Below, in pieces: positions 40,901 to 48,054 of a stretch of 64,000 nucleotides of DNA; position 1 is the stretch's first letter, and the number at the start of each line of letters is the position of its first letter. Under the pieces are notes generated by a model. The model was not told the origin of the DNA. It worked only from the letters and a program-made list of their open reading frames with translations, and did no database searches. This DNA comes from an uncultured bacterium (GTDB lineage Bacteria > Krumholzibacteriota > Krumholzibacteriia > JACNKJ01): the NCBI GenBank assembly GCA_963695095.1, contig CAVOFT010000001.1, positions 448,001 to 512,000 of the forward strand, given 5' to 3'. The position numbers were made by a program, and so were the translations under genes.

Positions 40901-41197
40901 TTGAACAACAAGGCCACCGCGCTGGCGCGGCTCGGCCGCTACCCGGAGGCCGCCCGCGCCTTCGAGGCGGTCTGCGCCCTGCAGCCCTCCTATCTCCAGG
41001 CCGCCTACTTCGCTGCCGCCAGCTACAGCAAGGCCGGTGAGCCGGCGGCGGCCGCGCGCTGGGCGCGCTACTGCCTCGACCACGAGCTGGCGACGCCGGC
41101 GCAATTCAGGGACGATCCGCTCTTCGACGGCTTGCGCGATTCGGCCTACTGGGATGGGGTCCGCGGCGAAGCGCGGGCGCCGGCGGGCGCTCAGTAG
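37985..41197 (+). CDS. Fused membrane domain / spermidine-synthase-like SAM domain / TPR protein
   Basis: SGVSGLVYELVW, LMGGTLP, LYAVNTFGA, VGLGSGVT, VEIVP, DG..FL, FDII; C-terminal TPRs. Confidence 0.85.
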   Translation: MKRAAPLILLLFTLSGVSGLVYELVWIRLFSHLLGGTSYAISTVLAAFMGGLALGSRFYGPRADRTERPLLLYAKLELGIAVLGGLIYLLLLGAPGVYARVGGALPAPALALLRVLIAGALLLPPTFLMGGTLPVLSRVIVTRRDRLGRGLGLLYAVNTFGAVLGCFLAGFVLIAAFGLGVSTLLAVLLNLLIAGAAWLLDRGLSPLAASADYAQSLLDTLNPLGEPVPAAAAAATAELPGTLLAWVFALSGFASLGYELYWTRGLQHFLGNSTYAFSAMLTTFLLGLAAGGWLGGRLADRVASPARLLGWVQLAVGLSALGTMLLIWRWLPYESSAEWLNSRALSWPAYLTRRFALAFLVMAPTTFLTGMTFPLVNRIGIRSLSRLGRGVGGLYFANTLGSIAGSLAAGFLLLALFGARDALLATALLSAALGVLVHLARSRRGALEPWLAGALFAGLLAAAPIAQRSGRALLADTQETGDTVLFDVEDHAGETRVYRKAGGDLHMSVDGHHIGGTEPALLRKEKILAHLPMLLRPDAKTTLSVGLGSGVTLGTLALYPEIERLTCVEIVPGVVAGARFFGGPANEVLADPRLDLHVGDGVQFLLTTDERFDIISSDSKLNPEYAGNAPLLSVDYSALCRDRLTDDGVMVQWLAVHLPLADIKMIARSFAAAFPHVAIYWYDPYNLILAGSKAPLVLDLDGARRGLARPAIAADLAPLQLADPYLSASLWIAGDEALRSALGPGPVNTWQRPRLEFTLGRNFRSQTLAYHEEDVLRWLHLIRDGEGQALAGAVDGEAYRAHMAAAGKLLEGFAQGGGIRQLEPGIPFFEAGLAACPGNARLTALLAQWRQAGEQLAEAYAAGQVTTPDGLSLIGLQRREQGRHAEALVVFEQALALRPQDPDLQYNRLLTLRDLGRSGDYRAALDAFAAAFPRDARWASLKGRLAADDGSMTEALAFFEQAVALNPENPTTLNNKATALARLGRYPEAARAFEAVCALQPSYLQAAYFAAASYSKAGEPAAAARWARYCLDHELATPAQFRDDPLFDGLRDSAYWDGVRGEARAPAGAQ

Positions 41198-41742
41198 CGG
41201 GACTTCACCGCGGACCAGCTCGCCGGCTCGGTGGCGACCTCGTCGAAGCTCAGCGTGATGAACTGGTTGAGCAGCTCGTGGGGCGGATTGCCGAAGCCGT
41301 CGCCATAGAGATCGTAGAAGAGCCGCGAGCTGGGCGGGCAGGCCGCATCCACGTGGACGAGCAGGTCCAGGTAACCGAAGTCGCCGGCCGGGATCTCGCC
41401 CCACTCGTCGCCGGCGCCATCGACGTAGGACACTGCGCTGCCGGGCACGCCGAACATGTCGAAGACCCAGTCGCCGCCCGACGGCGAGTCGTCGTAGCTC
41501 ATCGCCACCACGATGCAGCAGCTGGGCAGCCGCAGATCGATGTCCGAGATCCAGTTGAAGTCGGGGCTCGTGTTCGTCACCTGCAAGCGCAGGGGGACGT
41601 ACTGACCCAGGCCCAGCGCGCCCGCGGGCGAAAGCTTGGTGATCGTGCTGCCCGTGAGATCCGCCGCGGCGGGGCCGGCGAGGGCCAGGACGGCGGCGAG
41701 CAGGGCGGCGAACAGACGCAGTTGTCGGCAGGATTTCCGCAT
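41191..41742 (-). CDS. Secreted protein with C-terminal 'SWSAVKSRY' motif
   Basis: Signal peptide, beta-rich domain, tail VATEPASWSAVKSRY. Confidence 0.75.
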   Translation of the reverse strand: MRKSCRQLRLFAALLAAVLALAGPAAADLTGSTITKLSPAGALGLGQYVPLRLQVTNTSPDFNWISDIDLRLPSCCIVVAMSYDDSPSGGDWVFDMFGVPGSAVSYVDGAGDEWGEIPAGDFGYLDLLVHVDAACPPSSRLFYDLYGDGFGNPPHELLNQFITLSFDEVATEPASWSAVKSRY

Positions 41743-41752
41743 AGTGGCCTCA

Positions 41753-41781
41753 AGCATAGGCAAGACAGGCGATTAGGTCAA
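41753..41781 (-). promoter_or_regulatory. sigma70 promoter, near-leaderless transcript
   Basis: Minus strand TTGACC-17-TATGCT, 10 nt upstream of ATG 41742. Confidence 0.6.
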
Positions 41782-41987
41782 GATGGCCGGCGATGGGGCG
41801 CCTGCGGCTGCCCTCCGCTTCCCACGTGTTCCCGTCTGTGGGCGGGGGGGAAAGGCTTTGACGCTGCCTGGCGCTTCACTCACACTCGGCGCAACCGAGC
41901 GATACTGCAATTGCAGCGCCCGGCGGCGCAGTGCCGCCGCCGGCGCCCGTCCACCTTGCCCCGCCGGTGGCACCGAGGAGGTCCGCG

Positions 41988-44330
41988 ATGTTTCGGCTTT
42001 CCTACCCGCGCGCGCGGCGCGCCCTCTGCCTGCTGGCGCCCCTGACCCTCGTCGCCTGCGACGGCGGCAGCAAGGGGCCCAACACGCCGCCCCCGGCCGA
42101 GCCCGTGCTGACGCTGACCAGCGTCAGCGGCCGTTTCGAGCCGCCGGCCGGCTTCGCGCTGCCGGTCACCCAGTTCGCCGTGAGTTCGCTGGCCGCCTCG
42201 GCCACCGTGGCCGCCGACAGCAGCTTCACGCTCGATGTTCCCGTCGGCGACAATCTGCAGATCCTCTTCATCGCCCCGGTCGCGGGCGGCGATCCGGTCT
42301 CCCTCGCGCTGGTGGATCCCGGAACGCGCGGGGTGAGCGCCGATCTCGCGGCCTGCGCCCAGGCACTGGCCCTGAACAATCCGCTGCTGCTCTTCGCCGA
42401 CGCCGCCGACAAGCGCGAGTACCTGGCAGCCGTCGCCGCGAGCGCTTCCTACGCGCAGCTGACCAGCGCGCTGACCGCGCTCTACGCCGACGATCCGGAG
42501 ACGGCTCTGAACTACCAGCTCCATCCCCAGGTCTACCAGCTCGTGACGCAGGCCATGGCCGAGGGGATCGCCGCGCTCGCGGGCGGCGGGGCGCGCGTGC
42601 TCGCCGGCCCCAGCATCGCGGATCTGAGCGGCGGGGACGTCGCCTTCGTCAATCCCCGTCAGGTTTTCTACGGCGTGCGCGTGCTCAACATCGGCAACGC
42701 GACGAGCGCGGTCCACACGCTGCCCCCGGTGCGCCCGGCGGCCGTCGAATCCTGGGGCTGGCCGCCCACCTACGCCGAGGGCACGACGGAAACCACGCTC
42801 AACCTCGGGACCGGCAACTTCGACATCTACTTTGCGCGCGGACTGGACTACACGCGCTTCGAGACCTGGAATGACGCCGCCGGCCGCGCCACCCTGCTCA
42901 ACACCGGCCAGGGACTGATGGAGCTGGCGGCGCTCTTTCTCGGCACCCGTCCCTACACGGTGCCGGCGGACTATGCGGGCGTCGCCGATCACCTCACGCT
43001 GAATCAGGCGGAAATCACGAGCCTGCAGGTGGCGGCGGCGAACCGCGACGTCGAGGCCTACATCGGCGAGCTGGCTACGCTGCTGCGGGTCCATCGGACG
43101 GAGCTCGACGAGTGGTTCTGGGGCCTCGAGGCGCCCGCGCCGGTTGCCGCCTACTTGCAGCGTATGGGTCGCCTGCTCGGGGACCAGACGCAGGTCTTCC
43201 AGATTCTCGGCCGCGGCCGCGTCGCAACGCCCTTCTTCTACGACCTGCTCAACGCGCCGGATCAGATCAGCCATGCCGTCAGCCAGGATGGGGGCGGCCT
43301 ACTCATTTTGATCGGGCAGAATCTACCGCCGGCTGCCCGCTTCGGCATCTCGCCGGCCGCGGGCATCGTGGGCACGGAGTTCACTTTCGATGCGAGCACC
43401 AGCACGGACGACAACGATCCGCCCTCAGCGCTCGAGTTTCGCTGGGATTATGAGAGCGACGGGAGCTGGGATACGGCGTGGTCGGGCAGCAACTTCCTGG
43501 GCATCTTCAGCTACGGGGTGAGCGGCGCTTATCAGGCCACGCTGCAGGTGCGCGACGGCGATGGGTTGGTGGGCGAGCGCGTGCGCAGCGTCAACGTGGG
43601 TGGCGGCGCCGGCACGGCGACGCACGTGAAGTTCTTCAAGAATCTCGATGCCTGGGGCACGAACCGCGTCATCCCGGCGCTGCAGGCGATGGGCTTCACC
43701 GCCGGCGAGGGGCCGGACACCTACGAGGTGCTCAGCTCCGCGGCCATGGCCACGGCGCCCCTGGTGCCCGGCGAGGACCTTGTCATCCTCCACAACGACC
43801 AGGACCAGGCCTTCTACGACGACTATGCGGCGAACCAGGTGAAGTTCGCGAGCTTCGTCCATCGGGGCGGGGCCATGTTCTGGGAGGCCTGCGACGTGGG
43901 CTGGAACGGTGGTTCCATGGCCGCCGCCGGTCTCATCTTGCCGGGCAACGTGGTGCCCATCCCCTACTTCGCCAGCTACAACTACGTCGCCGACTCGCAG
44001 CTGCCCCTGGTGGCCGGCCTGCCGGTGACGATGTCGGGCAACTTCGCCAGCCACCAGGGCTTCGGCAACCTGCCGAATAGCACGACCATCTACACCGTGG
44101 ACAACAACACGCCGCAGGCGCCTACCCTGATCGAATTCAACCTCGGGGACGGCTGGGTGATCATGACCGGCCAGCCCCTGGAGTTCCACGAGCCCAGCGA
44201 CCCGCCCGCTCTGGGCAACCTGCTGCCGCGCATCCTGGGTTACTTCACCGGGCACTTCACGCCGGGCGCGCCGCGAACGCCCCAGCCGCCATCGGCACTG
44301 CCCGGCGCCACCAGCACCGAGCGCCCCTAG
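41988..44330 (+). CDS. Lipoprotein with PKD domain
   Basis: Lipobox LVAC; FTFDASTSTD..FRWDY..DG..YQATLQVRD; GAGGAGG RBS. Confidence 0.8.
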   Translation: MFRLSYPRARRALCLLAPLTLVACDGGSKGPNTPPPAEPVLTLTSVSGRFEPPAGFALPVTQFAVSSLAASATVAADSSFTLDVPVGDNLQILFIAPVAGGDPVSLALVDPGTRGVSADLAACAQALALNNPLLLFADAADKREYLAAVAASASYAQLTSALTALYADDPETALNYQLHPQVYQLVTQAMAEGIAALAGGGARVLAGPSIADLSGGDVAFVNPRQVFYGVRVLNIGNATSAVHTLPPVRPAAVESWGWPPTYAEGTTETTLNLGTGNFDIYFARGLDYTRFETWNDAAGRATLLNTGQGLMELAALFLGTRPYTVPADYAGVADHLTLNQAEITSLQVAAANRDVEAYIGELATLLRVHRTELDEWFWGLEAPAPVAAYLQRMGRLLGDQTQVFQILGRGRVATPFFYDLLNAPDQISHAVSQDGGGLLILIGQNLPPAARFGISPAAGIVGTEFTFDASTSTDDNDPPSALEFRWDYESDGSWDTAWSGSNFLGIFSYGVSGAYQATLQVRDGDGLVGERVRSVNVGGGAGTATHVKFFKNLDAWGTNRVIPALQAMGFTAGEGPDTYEVLSSAAMATAPLVPGEDLVILHNDQDQAFYDDYAANQVKFASFVHRGGAMFWEACDVGWNGGSMAAAGLILPGNVVPIPYFASYNYVADSQLPLVAGLPVTMSGNFASHQGFGNLPNSTTIYTVDNNTPQAPTLIEFNLGDGWVIMTGQPLEFHEPSDPPALGNLLPRILGYFTGHFTPGAPRTPQPPSALPGATSTERP

Positions 44331-44358
44331 CGGCCGCAGCTCGTGCCGATCACCAATG

Positions 44359-44392
44359 CCGCCCCGGCTGCCGCGCCGGGGCGGTTTCGTTT
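44359..44392 (+). terminator. Rho-independent terminator between convergent genes
   Basis: CCGCCCCGGC/GCCGGGGCGG stem then TTTCGTTT. Confidence 0.75.
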
Positions 44393-44397
44393 GGGCT

Positions 44398-44937
44398 TCA
44401 GCGGCCGGGCCGGGCCGGCGTGCCTTCGACCACCTCGACCCCGCGCCGGCGGTCGGGCCCGACATTCGGGCACTGATCGCGCATCAGGCAGACTCGACAG
44501 CCCAGGCTGCGGCGCATGAGCTGGCGCATCACCATGAGCAGGATGAGCATGGCGGCCAGCAGCAGGTCCTTGAGGATCACCGGTCGCCCGCGCAGCTGCG
44601 CGAGCACAAGCACGAGGAAGGGGTAGGCCCACAGCAGGTGCACGCCGCGCATGGCCCGCTTCATGCCGCGGTAGAACTCCTGCTCGCGGCCGCGCCGGTA
44701 GAGTCGCGCGGCCAGCTTGCCCTTGAGCGAGATGCAGTGGCGCCCGTAGTAGGCGCAGTTCACGCAGGCGTTCCGAGGGTAGTGCACGTAGTGCACGGCC
44801 AGGAAGAGCAGGAGAAAGCCGCCGGTGAACCAGAGACCGAGATCGAGCATGAGCGCCGTGCCCGCCACTGCATAGACGACGGACGCCAGAGTCGTCAGCA
44901 GACCGATGCTGCGCGGGAATTCCCTGTAGCACTCCAT
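44398..44937 (-). CDS. Hypothetical 4-TM protein with two Cys clusters
   Basis: CVNCAYYGRHC and CRVCLMRDQCP flanking TM pairs. Confidence 0.7.
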   Translation of the reverse strand: MECYREFPRSIGLLTTLASVVYAVAGTALMLDLGLWFTGGFLLLFLAVHYVHYPRNACVNCAYYGRHCISLKGKLAARLYRRGREQEFYRGMKRAMRGVHLLWAYPFLVLVLAQLRGRPVILKDLLLAAMLILLMVMRQLMRRSLGCRVCLMRDQCPNVGPDRRRGVEVVEGTPARPGR

Positions 44938-45133
44938 GGCGGCTTCTCGCTTCGAGTCCGCCCATTCTGCGCAAGCCAGCGCCTGCGGGCAAGGGATTCC
45001 CCGTCCGTGGGCGGCACGGCCCATGCAGAAACCCGCTGCGGCCGGATCCGGCCGCCGCAACGGGAAGCGGCAAGGGGGCTTGCGTCGAATCGCAGCCGCC
45101 GGCGAGCCGCAATGCGCAAGCGATGGCAGTGCC

Positions 45134-45745
45134 ATGTGGAAGCGTCTGGCAGTTCTGATCCTGGTCGCGGCCTGGAGCTATCACTCGTGGTCCCACCGGG
45201 AGCTCGAGCGGGCGCCGGGCGTCATCGCCGCCGAACCGCCCCAGCAGGCCGGCCTCGCCGGCATCGACCAGCGCATCCGGGGCGGCGCCAAGATCACCCC
45301 GCTGGCCACCTTCGATCTGCGGGCTCGCGTGCTCGGCATCAAGCGCTACCGCTTCGATGCCGCGGCACCGCTCGCGCCCTACGACTTGGCGCTGGGCTGG
45401 GGCCGCATGTCCGACAGCGAGGTACTGGCCGAGATCGACATCAGCCAGAGCGGTCGCTTCTACTTCTGGAACGCGCGGCGCCTGCCCATTCCGCGCGATG
45501 AGATCGTGGCCAGCAGCGCCAACATGCACATCATTCCCGCCAACGATGCCGTGCGCGGCGACCTCGCGCGGCTGCGCGTGGGGCACGTGATCCACCTGCG
45601 CGGATTCCTGGTCATGGCCGAGCGCAGCGATCGCGGCGTCTGGCTGAGCTCGATGACGCGCACCGACTCCGGCAACGGCGCCTGCGAGCTGGTCTGGGCC
45701 GAGCGCATCGATATCGTCGAGCCGCCGCCCGCTGCCTACAAGTAG
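45134..45745 (+). CDS. Conserved-looking hypothetical exported protein
   Basis: Signal/TM start; APYDLALGWG, ISQSGRFY, SANMHIIPA, RTDSGNGACE. Confidence 0.75.
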   Translation: MWKRLAVLILVAAWSYHSWSHRELERAPGVIAAEPPQQAGLAGIDQRIRGGAKITPLATFDLRARVLGIKRYRFDAAAPLAPYDLALGWGRMSDSEVLAEIDISQSGRFYFWNARRLPIPRDEIVASSANMHIIPANDAVRGDLARLRVGHVIHLRGFLVMAERSDRGVWLSSMTRTDSGNGACELVWAERIDIVEPPPAAYK

Positions 45746-47724
45746 CGCGCGAACCAGCCGGTGATGCGCTTGAGCCGCTCCAGGCGGTTCTGCGGCCGGC
45801 CGCCGCGGCTGAGCCCATGGCTCTCGCCCTCGAAGCGGATGTACTCCACGGTCTTGTCCCGCGCCTTGAGAATGGTGAACAGCTCGTCGGCCTGGGCGAT
45901 CGGGCAGCGCAAGTCGTTCTCGCTGTGGATGATCAGCAGCGGCGCCTGGATGCGGTGGGCGTAGAAGTTCGGCGATTGCTTCAGGTAGGCCAGCGGCTTC
46001 TCCCAGGGCCAGGCGCCGCCGAAGCTGTGGCGCTCGCCGGCGTTGTAGTCCGCGGCGCCGAACTGGGTGAGCCGGTTGCCCGCCTGGCGCATGGTCACGC
46101 CTGCCTTGAAGCGGCGGTTGTGGCCCAGCATCCAGGTGGTCATGAAGCCGCCGTAGGAGCCGCCGAGCACGCCCAGCCGATGCGCGTCCACGTCCGGCTG
46201 GCGCGCCAGGTAGTTCGTGACGGCGATCAGGTCCGCATAGTCCTTCTGGCCCCACTGCCCGTGGATGCTCTTCATCCAATCGGTGCCGTAGCCGCAGGAG
46301 CCGCGTGGATTGCTGAAGGCGACCACGTAGCCCTGCGCCGCGAGCAGGTGCATCTCGTGGAAGAAGGTGTAGCCGTACTGGCCCATGGGGCCGCCGTGGA
46401 TCTCGAGCAGGCCGGCATGCTTGGTGCCGCGCCGCGCCCGGGGCGGACGCAGCAGCCAGCCCTGTACCTTCACGGCGCCACTGCGCACGTGGAACTCCTC
46501 GGGCTCGCTGAGCAGGAGGCCGGCGAGGAAGCCGCGATTGGTCTGCGTGAGGCGCCGGGATTCGCCGCGGCCATCGAGGTTGAGGCCGTAGATGTCGCCG
46601 GCATCCATCATCGTGGCCGCGGCGACGGCCGCCCGGCCATCGCCGTTGATGCTGACCCCGTAGGCGTTCACCGGACCGCCGAACTCGAGGCGCGCCTGCG
46701 CGCGCCGCGGCGCTCCCGCGCGCGGGATGGAGTAGACATGGCAGGCGCCGCGCTCGTTCTGGACGAAGGCGATGCGCCAGTCCTTCCCCTCGCGATAGGT
46801 CTGGATGGCGCCGGCATCGCCCATCACCGTGTCCGTGATGATGAAGTTGAAGGGCCAATCGTCCATCCAGGGCGTGAGGCAGCGCGGCTCGCCGCCGATG
46901 CGGCCCACCTCGTAGAGCCGGTAGGGGTGCTTGATCCACTCGCCGGGGCCGCCGAAGTGGCCGGTGAAGAGGAGCGAGCGGCCCTCGGGCGCCCAGGCCA
47001 GGGCGATCAGGTGACCGCCGCGGGCGGTGGCGGCGCGGGGGCGGCCGCCGCGCGCCGGCAGCGTGAAGATGCGCTCGCGGCCGCCTTCGTGCTGAAGCTC
47101 CGGATCCGGGTTGGCGATGAAGGCGATCCGGCGACCGTCCGGGCTCCAGCAGGCCTCGCGGACGCCGAAGTCGTCGCGGGTGAGTTGCAGCGGACGCCCG
47201 CTGGGCAGGCCGACCACGTAGAGCTGCTGGTGAGCGGGCGGGAAGTAGCCGAAGCCGTCCATCTTGTGCGCGAGCCGCGTGATGTGCTTGAAGGTGGGGC
47301 CCTTGGCGCGCTGCTTCGGGTCCTCCTTCTTCATCGGGCGGTGGAGGAAGAGCAGACGGCGGCTGTCGGGGCTGAAGGCGAGTCCGCTGAGCGGGCCCTC
47401 GAGATGCGTGAGCTGGCGCGCCTCGCCGCCATCGGCGGGCAGCAGCCAGATGTTCGTCTTCTCCTCGCGGCTGGAGAGGAAGGCGATCCAGCGGCCATCG
47501 GGGCTCCAGATGGGGGCGCTGTCCATTTGAGCGCCCTGGGTGAGCTGCCGCCGCCCGCCGCCGGCTCGCCGCACCTCGTGCAGGTTGGCGAGATAGCGAT
47601 TCTCCTTGGCGTCCATGCGCTTGAGGCTGTAGACGATGCGCTCGCCGTCGGGCGAGATCGCCGGCGTCTCGGGGAACTGGAAGCGGAAGAGATCCTCGGG
47701 GCGGATTCTGCGTCGCGTGGCCAT
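45736..47724 (-). CDS. S9 family peptidase (acylaminoacyl/DPP-like), cytoplasmic
   Basis: WSPDG propeller repeats, IHGGP, NPRGS.GYG, GGSYGG, HSENDLRC, GESH. Confidence 0.92.
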   Translation of the reverse strand: MATRRRIRPEDLFRFQFPETPAISPDGERIVYSLKRMDAKENRYLANLHEVRRAGGGRRQLTQGAQMDSAPIWSPDGRWIAFLSSREEKTNIWLLPADGGEARQLTHLEGPLSGLAFSPDSRRLLFLHRPMKKEDPKQRAKGPTFKHITRLAHKMDGFGYFPPAHQQLYVVGLPSGRPLQLTRDDFGVREACWSPDGRRIAFIANPDPELQHEGGRERIFTLPARGGRPRAATARGGHLIALAWAPEGRSLLFTGHFGGPGEWIKHPYRLYEVGRIGGEPRCLTPWMDDWPFNFIITDTVMGDAGAIQTYREGKDWRIAFVQNERGACHVYSIPRAGAPRRAQARLEFGGPVNAYGVSINGDGRAAVAAATMMDAGDIYGLNLDGRGESRRLTQTNRGFLAGLLLSEPEEFHVRSGAVKVQGWLLRPPRARRGTKHAGLLEIHGGPMGQYGYTFFHEMHLLAAQGYVVAFSNPRGSCGYGTDWMKSIHGQWGQKDYADLIAVTNYLARQPDVDAHRLGVLGGSYGGFMTTWMLGHNRRFKAGVTMRQAGNRLTQFGAADYNAGERHSFGGAWPWEKPLAYLKQSPNFYAHRIQAPLLIIHSENDLRCPIAQADELFTILKARDKTVEYIRFEGESHGLSRGGRPQNRLERLKRITGWFARYL

Positions 47725-48054
47725 GACTCGCCTTTCGCTGGCATCCATCAAGCTATTCATCTACACTGGCCCCTGTCCCGGCGCCGGGAACATCCTAGGG
47801 CAGCGGGGCGGGAATGGGTAGGGGAAAGCGGCCGAGATGCTGAATTCAACGGCAGACCGCGCGACGCTGCTCGCCCTCCTCATCACCGTGTCCACCGCGA
47901 CGCCTCACGGAGAGCGCCAGCGGCTGGACCTGGTCCTATCCGGCGCCCTCACTGAACATGAGCCTGATTCTCTTCTTCTACTTCTAGGACTTCACGGCGG
48001 CGGATCCTTGGCCTAGAGTGGGCGGCGCTGAAACGCTCCACGCCGAGGTGTCCG

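Noticed and set aside
47837..48016. 59-codon ORF between the S9 peptidases
   Set aside because: No recognisable motif, weak RBS, atypical codons; possibly a remnant.
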